In this document: positions 23,204-30,907 of the stretch, one piece after another
How the letters are laid out: each line of letters starts with the position of its first letter
Numbering within the stretch: the first letter of the stretch is position 1
DNA from: Candidatus Iainarchaeum sp.
GTDB taxonomy: Archaea; Iainarchaeota; Iainarchaeia; Iainarchaeales; JACQJH01
Direction: 5' to 3'
Assembly: GCA_016205145.1 (NCBI GenBank)
Contig: JACQJH010000002.1
Coordinates: forward strand, 360,001-392,000
DNA length: 32,000 nucleotides
Program-made: the position numbers and the translations under genes
The notes under the pieces: model-generated
What the model was told of the DNA's origin: nothing
Databases searched by the model: none
What the model saw: only the letters and a program-made list of their open reading frames with translations

Positions 23204-23761
23204 ATGAAAGAATTGAGAAGGCAATTCCTGCATTTCGCTTTCGGCTCCGCAATCCTTGCATTGGTGCTGGTGGCCGGGACAAGCGTTGCGCTCCCGGCAA
23301 CAGCCACAATGCTTGCGGCAGGCATTGTCCTGTCATGGGTTGTCTCAAAGGGCGCGGATTATCCGCCCGCCAAGGTTTTCCTGAAACTTGCCGGCAGGAA
23401 AGCCGAAAAAAGCATGCCCGGAAAAGGGGCAATCTACCTCTTCCTGGGCGCAACGCTTTCAATGCTGCTTTTCTACTCGAACGAAAAAGCAGTCATCACC
23501 GGCCTGACCGTGCTTGTCTTCGGCGACTCCATTGCAACAGTCATAGGCAAAAGATTCGGCAAAACCCGCATAGCAAACAACCGCACACTCGAAGGAACAG
23601 TTGCCTGCATTGCGGTTTCATTCCTCGCCCTGCTGTCATTCCTCAATCCATTGCAAGCAGCGGTTGCAGGCATTGCAGGCGCAATCTCAGAATTTTTGCC
23701 GATAGACGACAACATCACAATGCCGGTTTTTGCGGCGGCAACAATAGCCTTTTTATTGTAA
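23204..23761 (+). CDS. Dolichol kinase / CTP-transferase family membrane protein
   Basis: 185 aa, multi-pass, with LVFGDSIATVIGKRFGKTRIANNRTLEGTVA, the characteristic GD..A...G...G......K(T/S)xEG motif of the dolichol/phytol kinase-CDS family. It starts 4 nt after flpA. Confidence 0.65.
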   Translation: MKELRRQFLHFAFGSAILALVLVAGTSVALPATATMLAAGIVLSWVVSKGADYPPAKVFLKLAGRKAEKSMPGKGAIYLFLGATLSMLLFYSNEKAVITGLTVLVFGDSIATVIGKRFGKTRIANNRTLEGTVACIAVSFLALLSFLNPLQAAVAGIAGAISEFLPIDDNITMPVFAAATIAFLL

Positions 23762-23807
23762 CGCGGGACAAAAACTTAAACCACCTTCACGTTGTCAAAC
23801 GGGTTTT

Positions 23808-23882
23808 GGGCGGGTAGCTCAGCTTGGATAGAGCAAGTGCCTCCTAAGCACTAGGTCGTGCGTTCGAATCGCACCCCGCTCG
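23808..23882 (+). tRNA. tRNA-Arg (anticodon CCU)
   Basis: GGGCGGG-TA-GCTC-AGCTTGGATA-GAGC-A-AGTGC-CTCCTAA-GCACT-AGGTC-GTGCG-TTCGAAT-CGCAC-CCCGCTC-G. 75 nt, no CCA, no intron. A TATA-like AAACTTAAACC lies about 26-37 nt upstream. Confidence 0.9.
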
Positions 23883-23883
23883 T

Positions 23884-23943
23884 AGCCGGTTTCGTCCGGC
23901 TGGTGCGCGTTGAGGGGCCTCGCTTTGCTCAGCCCCTCTGCCT
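23884..23943 (+). repeat. Intergenic modular element, copy D, 1 nt after the 3' end of tRNA-Arg
   Basis: AGCCG-GTTTCGT-CCGGCTGGTGCGCG (23884-23909), then hairpin GAGGGGC (23912-18) / 13-nt loop / GCCCCTC (23932-38), then TCTGCCT (23937-43, overlapping the stem end). The first 21 nt equal 14556-14576. The last 14 nt of the box equal the reverse complement of 19653-19666. Confidence 0.8.
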
Positions 23944-23996
23944 GCGGTTTGTGGATATTTCCAGCCACAAGCCCAAAAACGCCCATTTTATTCGTC

Positions 23997-24021
23997 AAAA
24001 GGCTGAAAAAAAGCCTTTTTT
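23997..24021 (+). terminator. Hairpin plus T-run
   Basis: AAAAGGC-TGAAAAAAA-GCCTTTT followed by TT. It could terminate the tRNA-Arg/trailer transcript. Confidence 0.45.
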
Positions 24022-24082
24022 CCGCGTTTTTCTACGCAATCAACGAAATCCTTTTTAACTGCTTCCGGCTTTTATAACTTTA

Positions 24083-24793
24083 ATGGAAAAACTTGCCACA
24101 GCAATCGCCGGCGAAATCTGCATGTCAAAGGACCCCGGCGGAAGCATGAAAAAATGGCGCGAAATCTTCGGGGTTTCACAGACCGAACTGGCACAGCACC
24201 TCAAAGTGAGCTCTTCCACGATTTCAGACTACGAGGGTGGCAGGCGGAAAAGCCCCGGCATAGGCGTGGTAAAGCGCCTGGTAGACTCCCTGATTGCCAT
24301 TGACAGGAACCGCGGCGCCAAGGTTTCAAGGCAGCTTGAAAAAGACTTTTCCCCGAAAGAAAGCCCTTTCGACACGCACGAATTCTTCGCGGCAGTGGAC
24401 GGAAAGGAATTCCAGAAAAAAATCGGCGGGGAATGCGCGGCAAACTCCCTTCGCCTCAAGGAAATGCAGATTTACGGTTATACTATCATCGACTCCATCA
24501 AGGTCATACTTGACGTGCCAGTGCACGAGTACATGCAATTGTACGGCAAAACTCCGGACAGGGCGCTCATTTTCGAGCACGTTGAAAGCGGCCGCTCTCC
24601 CCTGATTGCGGTCAAAATCGGCAGGTTCAGCACGGACATGAAACCGTCAATCGTGGTATTGCACGGAAACCTGACGCCGCAGACAGTCGACCCGATTGCA
24701 ATCAAAATCGCGGAAGCCGAAAAAATACCATTGCTGCTGACAAACAAGCCGATAGAGGAAATCAAGGCAGAACTGCAGAAATTCGAAAGCTGA
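24083..24793 (+). CDS. Archaeal XRE-type HTH regulator with a conserved uncharacterised C-terminal domain
   Basis: 236 aa with MKKWREIFGVSQTELAQHLKVSSSTISDYEGGRRKSPG (HTH_3-like). From memory this matches the pan-archaeal COG1709-type predicted regulator; unverified. Confidence 0.7.
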   Translation: MEKLATAIAGEICMSKDPGGSMKKWREIFGVSQTELAQHLKVSSSTISDYEGGRRKSPGIGVVKRLVDSLIAIDRNRGAKVSRQLEKDFSPKESPFDTHEFFAAVDGKEFQKKIGGECAANSLRLKEMQIYGYTIIDSIKVILDVPVHEYMQLYGKTPDRALIFEHVESGRSPLIAVKIGRFSTDMKPSIVVLHGNLTPQTVDPIAIKIAEAEKIPLLLTNKPIEEIKAELQKFES

Positions 24794-24796
24794 AAA

Positions 24797-25705
24797 TCAT
24801 CTGCCTGAATCCAGCAAGGACAGAAGGGCGTACACCGCCTCATTTTTCGGAACCTTGACGCCAAGCAATTCCGCCTTTTTCACTACAAAGCCCGAGAAAG
24901 CCTCGAACTCCAAACCCTTTCCGGCTTTCGCATCCTCAAACATCGATGTGCCCGCGCCTTTGAAATGCGGCTTGAAAACGAAAAAGCGGTCAAGCTCGCT
25001 TTCACGGATTTTCACTCCGCTTTTTGCCGCAACAGCAACTGTTTCAAGCATCAAATCGCGCACAAGCCCAATGGCAGCAGGATTTTCAAAAACCCCGTCA
25101 AGCGTCGCGCCTGACAGCGCGGTAACCTGGTTGAAGCCCGTGTTCCAGCAGAATTTCAGCCACTTGTCCTTTCGGATGTCCTTTGAAACCTCGAAAGCGA
25201 TGCCGGCTTTTTCAAAAACGCCTTTCACGAATCTGACGCGCTCAGATTCCTTTCCGTCAGGTTCGCCGAAAACCGGTTTTGCGGAACTGAAGCATTCAAT
25301 GCAGCCCGGCTCCGGAATGCGCGCGCCGATCCACGTGAAGGCCGGCAGGCATTTTCCCTTTCCGAGGACCTTTTCGATTTTTTGCCCGTTATCCAGGCCG
25401 TTCTGCAACGACAGGAAAACCGTTTGCCTGCCGACGAGGGGCTTTGCCTGCACTATCGCTTTTTCCGTTGCATGGCTTTTCACGCAAAACAAGACCAGGT
25501 CGCATTCGCCCACGCTTTTCGCGTCATCAGAAAAAACGCCTTTCGCGACAAAATCGCCGTAAATGCCCCTGACCTGCAGGCCATGCTTTTTCATCGCCCG
25601 CAAATGTTCGCCGCGGCAAATGAATGCGACGTCAAAACCCGCTTTTGCAAGCATTGCGCCGAAAAAGCCGCCCACAGCGCCCGCGCCGAAAACCCCGACC
25701 TTCAA
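24797..25705 (-). CDS. panE: 2-dehydropantoate 2-reductase (ketopantoate reductase family)
   Basis: 302 aa with KVGVFGAGAVGGFFGAMLAKAG (Rossmann), a mid-domain KWLKFCWNTGFNQVTAL and SMFEDAKAGKGLEFE. The start is TTG (25703-05) with GGTG 5 nt upstream. Confidence 0.75.
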   Translation of the reverse strand: MKVGVFGAGAVGGFFGAMLAKAGFDVAFICRGEHLRAMKKHGLQVRGIYGDFVAKGVFSDDAKSVGECDLVLFCVKSHATEKAIVQAKPLVGRQTVFLSLQNGLDNGQKIEKVLGKGKCLPAFTWIGARIPEPGCIECFSSAKPVFGEPDGKESERVRFVKGVFEKAGIAFEVSKDIRKDKWLKFCWNTGFNQVTALSGATLDGVFENPAAIGLVRDLMLETVAVAAKSGVKIRESELDRFFVFKPHFKGAGTSMFEDAKAGKGLEFEAFSGFVVKKAELLGVKVPKNEAVYALLSLLDSGR

Positions 25706-25746
25706 TTTAGCACCGCCGAAACCACAAATGCAAAAAAAAATTCCGT

Positions 25747-26448
25747 TCAGACGCGCACGCAGTAGGTCATGCGCTTTTTTTCCTTGCCCGTCTTGTCGAT
25801 GCCGACCAGCTTTGCGGCATGTGAGTAAGAGGAATTGAATTTTCGCGAAAGCGCCTCCGCAACTTTTTTCGCGGTTTTCTTCGAGCCGATCAGGAAATCC
25901 ACGCCGCCGCGCGCCTTTTTTATCGCGGCAATGCCGGCCAGCGGGGAATTGTCGGAGGCGACCAGGAACTGCACCAATGCAACAAGCTCCTGCTCTTCCT
26001 TTTCGGTTTTGCCGGAAAACCTGAGCTGCAAAATAGCCTCATGGTAGTTTGATGAAAGCTTCATGCACGAATCGCACATGGCATTCCTGAAAACAACCGG
26101 CACTGCCGACTCCAAAAACAGGGGCTGAGATTCAATGAAGCCTTTCACTGAAAACGACGCTTCCATTCCTTCCGCTGAAGGCTCGCCGAATCCAACCGAA
26201 ACAGCCGCCTTGTCAAGCCTGCCTGCCTTCGCCTTTCCCGCAATGAAATCCCTGAACGCAACGGATTGCAGGGAAATCCACCTGCCCTGCGCCAAGGCCA
26301 GGCCGCAGCGCTTGCATACCTCGACAATAAGCTCCTTCGGAAATTCGACTGCCTTGTTTTTTGACAGGAAACAGGTCCGGCAGAGGCTGCCGATGAAAGG
26401 CCCGGCCGTGCCGCCGCATTCCGGACAAAACCTCGAAGTTTTTAACAT
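25747..26448 (-). CDS. NMD3-family protein (archaeal homolog of the 60S export adaptor)
   Basis: 233 aa with N-terminal zinc-ribbon cysteines FCPECGG...CRTCF...CKRCG, then the NMD3-like body. Confidence 0.7.
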   Translation of the reverse strand: MLKTSRFCPECGGTAGPFIGSLCRTCFLSKNKAVEFPKELIVEVCKRCGLALAQGRWISLQSVAFRDFIAGKAKAGRLDKAAVSVGFGEPSAEGMEASFSVKGFIESQPLFLESAVPVVFRNAMCDSCMKLSSNYHEAILQLRFSGKTEKEEQELVALVQFLVASDNSPLAGIAAIKKARGGVDFLIGSKKTAKKVAEALSRKFNSSYSHAAKLVGIDKTGKEKKRMTYCVRV

Positions 26449-26452
26449 GCAA

Positions 26453-27331
26453 TCAGCCCTTGGATGTGCTTTCGCCCAACCCGAATTCCAGATAAAATAC
26501 GGGATTCAAAACAATGATATATGTTGCTGTAATGCCCGTCAAAAGCCTTGAAAGCACAAACAATGCAAGCGCTGCAGGGCTGCCCAGAAAAAACGCGAAA
26601 ACGTACGACAAAAGCGAAAGGCACAACTGCAAAAAGGCCGCCTTGGAAACATTGCCGATGTTTTTCCCCGAAAGAGAAACGCCGCGCCGGAGAATGCCAA
26701 AAACACCTTTTTCCTCAAAAACCGAAACCGGGCCGACAAGATAAAACGCCACAATCAGGCAAAACACGACAAGCATGGAAAGGCCGATGAAAAGCCATGC
26801 AAGCCAGGCATTCTGCAAAGCGATTGCAAAGGAAATGCCGGCAGAAAACGGGATGGCGAGAACCGCTGAAACCGCAACCGTGAAAAGGTTTGCCGAAACA
26901 ACCGGCAAAAGCCTCGGCCTGACCGCCTTGAACGCGGAAACAAAGGAAATTTCCCTGCCGGAAAAAAACATTTTCGCAAGCTCGGAGTACATTGCGCTGA
27001 CAACAATGTCGACCAGCAGGACAAAAAGCGAAAACGCAAGCAATGCAAGCAAGGCGGGAAAAACCGCGTTGATTTCGGTTTTCGGCAGTTCGCCGGACGC
27101 CACGGCCAAAAGCGTCTGCATCGCGGACACCGTGCCCAGAATCGAAACACCGTACAACGCCGAGACAACGAGCTTCGGCAAAAAAAGTTTTGGATGCAAA
27201 AACAGCAGCCGCAAAGAATCAATCATCACGTCGACAAAGCGCATGCCACGAGGCTTCGGAATCCCCTCATCAAGGACCGGGCGCACGCCAAGCGCGCGGC
27301 CCCGTTGTTTTGATAAAGCCCGTTTATCCAT
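26453..27331 (-). CDS. Multi-pass membrane protein, unknown function
   Basis: About 6-7 hydrophobic segments. The start is uncertain: ATG 27331 (given), ATG 27244, or TTG 27397, which overlaps the upstream gene by 16 nt. The stop lies 4 nt before the NMD3 start. Confidence 0.6.
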   Translation of the reverse strand: MDKRALSKQRGRALGVRPVLDEGIPKPRGMRFVDVMIDSLRLLFLHPKLFLPKLVVSALYGVSILGTVSAMQTLLAVASGELPKTEINAVFPALLALLAFSLFVLLVDIVVSAMYSELAKMFFSGREISFVSAFKAVRPRLLPVVSANLFTVAVSAVLAIPFSAGISFAIALQNAWLAWLFIGLSMLVVFCLIVAFYLVGPVSVFEEKGVFGILRRGVSLSGKNIGNVSKAAFLQLCLSLLSYVFAFFLGSPAALALFVLSRLLTGITATYIIVLNPVFYLEFGLGESTSKG

Positions 27332-27381
27332 AAAATCAAGCGCGTTGCGGCCAAAAAGACGGTCGTGCTGGTGGTGGCAAG

Positions 27382-28665
27382 TCAGCCGGTCAGGCAAATC
27401 TTTCTTCCAAGCTCCGGAATGATTGCTTCAATGCCCAGCTCGGACTCGATCTTTTCCTTGAAAACCGGCATCACTTTCTTGTCGCCGTGCACCAGAAGCA
27501 CTTTCTGCGGCGACCATTTCTTCAAGGCCTTCAGCATTTCAGACTGCGACGGGTGCGCGGAAAAATCGAACTTTTCAACCTTGCAGACCGCCTCCACAAG
27601 CTCGCCGTCAATCGGAATCCTGCCGGTTTCAAGCAGAATCCTGCCGGGCGTCTCCTCTACCTGGTAGCCCGTCAAAAAAATCTTGGAATTCTCGTCATTG
27701 ATCATTTTCGGCAGGTACTGGTAGACGGGGCCGCCCTGCATCATTCCGGCGGTGGTTACGACAACGCTCGGCTGCTTGAAAACGCGCTTGCGCCACGAAT
27801 CATTCTTAATCCACGTCGCCTTGTGCAGAGCCTTCTCCAAGGCCTTGTGCTCCTTCAGGTATTCTGCATGGCGCAGGTAAACCCTTGAAACTGTCTGGCA
27901 CATGCCGTCCAAAAAAACCGGAACCGCAACATTGTATTCCGCGAGAACGTCGATTATCTCCTGGCTCCTGCCCACCGCGAAAGCCGGAACGACCGCCCAA
28001 CCGCCGTGGTTGACGACATCGATGACGCCTTCAACAAAAGCCTTTTCCGTTTCCTTTCTCGGCGAATGCTCGCGGTCGCCGTAAGTCGATTCCGTGACAA
28101 CAAAATCCGCCTTGCCAACGCCTGCAACGTCAGCTCCGGCATGCAGCCTCATTTCGTCGACGCGGTAATCGCCGGTGTACAGGAACGACTTGCCGTTCGA
28201 AAACGAAAGCTTTGTCAGGGCGCTCCCGACAATGTGCCCTGCGTCAAAAAACTCCATTGAAACGTTCTTTGTGATGTCAAGCTTCCTGCCGTACTCCACG
28301 GAAAAAGTGTACCTTTCCGCCTGCCTGATTTCATCTTCCGTGAACTCCGCTTCCAGGGCCTCGGCATCCGCAATCTTCAAAGTGTCAAACCACAGAATGC
28401 GCGCAATGTCCAAGGTCGGGGGGGTCATGTAGGAAAGGCAGTTCGACTCCATGAAAAGCTTCGGTAAATGCCCCGAATGGTCCAAATGCGCATGGCTTAT
28501 GATTGCGGCATCAAGGTTGATTTCAACCGGCAAAGGGTATTCGACGCCATGCGGCGTAAGCTTGACTCCGCGGTCGAGCAGAATCTTGTCCCCCGCGTCA
28601 ACCAGAAGCGAACTCCTGCCAACTTCCTGGCACGCGCCAAGGCCCGTGAAAAAAATGTCGCGCAT
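27382..28665 (-). CDS. beta-CASP metallo-beta-lactamase RNase, aCPSF2-like (no KH domains)
   Basis: 427 aa from ATG 28663-65; the track ORF starts 4 codons upstream at a TTG. Motifs ISHAHLDHSGHLP, DAGHIVGSA, TESTYGDREH, FSAHPSQSEM and LLVHGD. Confidence 0.8.
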   Translation of the reverse strand: MRDIFFTGLGACQEVGRSSLLVDAGDKILLDRGVKLTPHGVEYPLPVEINLDAAIISHAHLDHSGHLPKLFMESNCLSYMTPPTLDIARILWFDTLKIADAEALEAEFTEDEIRQAERYTFSVEYGRKLDITKNVSMEFFDAGHIVGSALTKLSFSNGKSFLYTGDYRVDEMRLHAGADVAGVGKADFVVTESTYGDREHSPRKETEKAFVEGVIDVVNHGGWAVVPAFAVGRSQEIIDVLAEYNVAVPVFLDGMCQTVSRVYLRHAEYLKEHKALEKALHKATWIKNDSWRKRVFKQPSVVVTTAGMMQGGPVYQYLPKMINDENSKIFLTGYQVEETPGRILLETGRIPIDGELVEAVCKVEKFDFSAHPSQSEMLKALKKWSPQKVLLVHGDKKVMPVFKEKIESELGIEAIIPELGRKICLTG

Positions 28666-28761
28666 AATCAAAACCAAAAACCCCGCAAAACAAAAAAGAA
28701 TCGCATCAAAAAAGCACCGGAATCAAACAAATTAAAAAAGAAAAAAATAAAAATTGCCCGC

Positions 28762-29487
28762 TCACGCGCGGGCCTTAAGGAACGACTTTAGCGCCAGGGC
28801 CAAATCGTATTTTTTCTCGATCGTGACGGAATTTGAGACTTTGGAGTTGGTCAAAGCATCAAGCTTTGCCAGCACGGTCGTCATGACAACGAATGAGAAT
28901 GCTATGCCCAAGGCAAACACAGTCCTCTCAAATGCCACGATTGGAATCAATGCAACCCACTGCTGCGCCGTCATCGGCACGGTCCAGACCCAGATTGCCC
29001 CGCCGACAGCATGCGCCGTGAAAGTCGCGCCAAAGCTTTTCATCAGCAGATTGTTCGGGAAAAACTTCGCGATTATCGGGATTGCCCAGTACAGGCTGAA
29101 AAACCAGGCCTGCCTTCCGACAGGATGCAGCATGAACAAAGCCATTGCAATGATCGGCACTGCAACCGAAAGGTTCCGGAAAGCCTTTTTGCCGTGCGTC
29201 CCGAAATAATATGCGGCGAACAGCATGGGTGTCAGCCTGAGAACGTCAAGCAGGCCCCAGGCCTTTCCGAAAACAACGGCATTGCCGATTTCAGAAATCA
29301 GCACTGCGCCCGCGCCCACTATCGGGCCGAGAAAAGAGCCCGCAATCGGGCCGAACAACTGGAAAACCGTGAAAAACTGGTTCTGCGCGCCGACAAGCGC
29401 GGAAAAATTCACCTGCTGCGCAGCCAATGCGATTGCCGCGAACAGCAAAACAAACAAAACCTTGGATTTCAAAGAGCCACGAGACAA
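28762..29487 (-). CDS. Multi-pass membrane protein, possibly a transporter substrate-binding (ECF S-component-like) protein
   Basis: Hydrophobic throughout, with FGPIAGSFLGPIVGAGAVLISEIG. The functional guess is weak. The preferred start is TTG 29485-87, with GGGGGTGGG ending 3 nt upstream (its GGTG core 5 nt upstream) and a TATA-like TTTTTAATATTTAAG at 29534-49. The track start TTG 29523 abuts that TATA. Confidence 0.6.
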   Translation of the reverse strand: MSRGSLKSKVLFVLLFAAIALAAQQVNFSALVGAQNQFFTVFQLFGPIAGSFLGPIVGAGAVLISEIGNAVVFGKAWGLLDVLRLTPMLFAAYYFGTHGKKAFRNLSVAVPIIAMALFMLHPVGRQAWFFSLYWAIPIIAKFFPNNLLMKSFGATFTAHAVGGAIWVWTVPMTAQQWVALIPIVAFERTVFALGIAFSFVVMTTVLAKLDALTNSKVSNSVTIEKKYDLALALKSFLKARA

Positions 29488-29655
29488 AAACCCACCCCCG
29501 AAGAAAGGCCAGAATGAAAGCAATTGGGCGGCTTAAATATTAAAAAGCAATCGGTGGCCCCGTTCACTGGCCGCAAAAAGACACGACAAAGCAGAAATCT
29601 GCCATTCGCCGGCGCCCGTCCCGCAGCATTATGCCGGCCAATGCAGATGGAAGCC

Positions 29656-29979
29656 TTACCCGAAAGTCAAAATCCTGTCGGATTCCTCAACAAGCCTAAG
29701 CAAATCCTGCATTGTTGAAACCGGGCAGATTTTGCTTTCATTCTTTTGCCTCAATTTCAGGCAGGTTCCGCAGGCCAGTATTTTGCCGTTTCTTTTTTTG
29801 AATGCGTTAATCGTTCTCTGAACATCAAACCTGCGGTCTTGAATAGTTTCGCATTCCACGCCTTTGCCGAGAAGAAAAATTTTTGCATGGTGTTTGTTTT
29901 CCAGTGCTTCCACTCCCAACCTGAATGCGTTCCACGCCGTTTCCGGGTCGCTTGAATTCAGTATTATTGCGAGCTTCAT
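29656..29979 (-). CDS. DsrE/DsrF-like family protein
   Basis: 107 aa: MKLAIILNSSDPETAWNAFRLGVEAL...KIFLLGKGVEC...ILACGTCL. This is the typical small DsrE-like fold pattern with conserved Cys. It starts 6 nt after the DUF302 stop. Confidence 0.65.
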   Translation of the reverse strand: MKLAIILNSSDPETAWNAFRLGVEALENKHHAKIFLLGKGVECETIQDRRFDVQRTINAFKKRNGKILACGTCLKLRQKNESKICPVSTMQDLLRLVEESDRILTFG

Positions 29980-29985
29980 TTCAAA

Positions 29986-30375
29986 TCACTTTGAGTTGTC
30001 AACTATTTCCTTGATGTCCTGTTCTGCTTCAAGGGCGTCCTCTTCGCTTACGTCCGGAAAGAACCGTGAAATCATCGTTGGTTTCATGCCCGCGATTTTC
30101 ACTTTCCCTTTTTCCTCCAGAACATTTATCTTGCATGGCATGCAAAGAGAGACTAACCTGTTTTTGTTCAAAAATTTGTTTGCATGCTTGCCTGAACAAA
30201 TCTCGATGATTTTCAGTGGTTTTTGCTCAAATCCTTTTGCAGCCAGCCGCTCTTTCACGTCATACACCTGGAACAGTACCCAGCCTTTATGGTCAACCGC
30301 CTTCAAAACCGATACAACTGCCTCGTCAAAACCCTTGCCGGTTTCAACTACATATGCAAAATCCGCTAATTCCAT
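29986..30375 (-). CDS. DUF302 domain protein
   Basis: 129 aa with FDEAVVSVLKAVDHKGWVLFQVYDVKERLAAKGFEQKPLKIIEICSGKHANKFL and SLCMPCKINVLEEKGKVKI, which match the DUF302 pattern as I remember it. Confidence 0.65.
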   Translation of the reverse strand: MELADFAYVVETGKGFDEAVVSVLKAVDHKGWVLFQVYDVKERLAAKGFEQKPLKIIEICSGKHANKFLNKNRLVSLCMPCKINVLEEKGKVKIAGMKPTMISRFFPDVSEEDALEAEQDIKEIVDNSK

Positions 30376-30382
30376 TTTTCGT

Positions 30383-30391
30383 CCCCCCCCC
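30383..30391 (-). repeat. G9 homopolymer (C9 on the plus strand) at the ribosome-binding position of the DUF302 gene
   Basis: The minus strand reads GAGGGGGGGGGACGAAAAATG. The G-run ends 7 nt before the ATG. Confidence 0.9.
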
Positions 30392-30457
30392 TCGAACCCA
30401 AAACACTTTTTCGTTGGCCTGCTGGAAACTCAATTTTTTGCCGCCTATTCGCGGAAT

Positions 30458-30781
30458 TCATCTGGTTGCCGCCCTGAGAATTCTTCCAGTGTCTTCCAGC
30501 TGCTCCAGCAAAACCGCCCTTATCAGGTTGCAGGCCTTAATCATTTTCCTGTTGGCAACTTTGTAGCTGACCGTTGTGCCATGCTTTCTGGCAACAACAA
30601 CGTTTCTCTGCCTCAAAACAGCCAAATGCTGGGACAAATTCGCCTGCCTGATTTTCATTAAGCCCTCGAGCTCGGAAACCGTTTTTTCACCCTCGCTCAG
30701 CAGGCTCAGGATTTCCAGCCGCTTCGGGTCGGCAAGCGTCTTGCAAAGTTCGGCGTGCAGACCGAACAAATCAGCATTCAT
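30458..30781 (-). CDS. ArsR/SmtB-family winged-helix regulator
   Basis: 107 aa from ATG 30779-81, with LCKTLADPKRLEILSLLSEGEKTVSELEGLMKIRQANLSQHLAVLRQRNVVVARKHGTTVSY. The 12-codon upstream extension in the track ORF covers the TATA/operator region and is rejected. Confidence 0.85.
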   Translation of the reverse strand: MNADLFGLHAELCKTLADPKRLEILSLLSEGEKTVSELEGLMKIRQANLSQHLAVLRQRNVVVARKHGTTVSYKVANRKMIKACNLIRAVLLEQLEDTGRILRAATR

Positions 30782-30812
30782 ATATTCAAATATACGAATA
30801 TAACTTTTTAAA
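30781..30812 (-). promoter_or_regulatory. ArsR-gene promoter with operator-like inverted repeat
   Basis: TATATTC (30781-87) / 8 nt / GAATATA (30796-802) is a perfect 7-bp inverted repeat. On the minus strand it lies between a TATA-like TTTAAAAAGT (30803-12) and the ATG, which implies a leaderless or near-leaderless mRNA. Confidence 0.55.
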
Positions 30813-30832
30813 CGCATCCCAGGCCGCCACGC

Positions 30833-30898
30833 CCGGCCGGTGCGCGCCCGATTCCGCTGCGCTTCATCGGGCTGGCTCGCTTCGCTCGCAACTGCAAT
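30833..30898 (+). repeat. Degenerate copy (E) of the intergenic modular element
   Basis: CCGGCCGGTGCGCG (30833-46) matches the box core CCGGCTGGTGCGCG at 13 of 14 positions. A hairpin follows: GCCCGAT (30846-52) / 13-nt loop / ATCGGGC (30866-72). GCAACTGCAAT (30888-98) is identical to 19530-40 in copy B. Confidence 0.5.
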
Positions 30899-30907
30899 TT
30901 GCCAAAA

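Noticed and set aside
19678-23882. Whether the inverted copies of the box next to tRNA-Thr and tRNA-Arg are att sites bounding an integrated element.
   Set aside because: The intervening genes (glyS, nop5, flpA, dolichol-kinase-like) are core housekeeping genes with host-like composition. No integrase is present, and the repeat is not a duplicated piece of either tRNA.
30782-30817. The longer ArsR ORF start (MRLKSYIRIFEY...).
   Set aside because: The extension is encoded by the AT-rich TATA box and operator palindrome. Family alignment as remembered starts near the LCKTLADPKRLEIL helix, consistent with the ATG at 30781.
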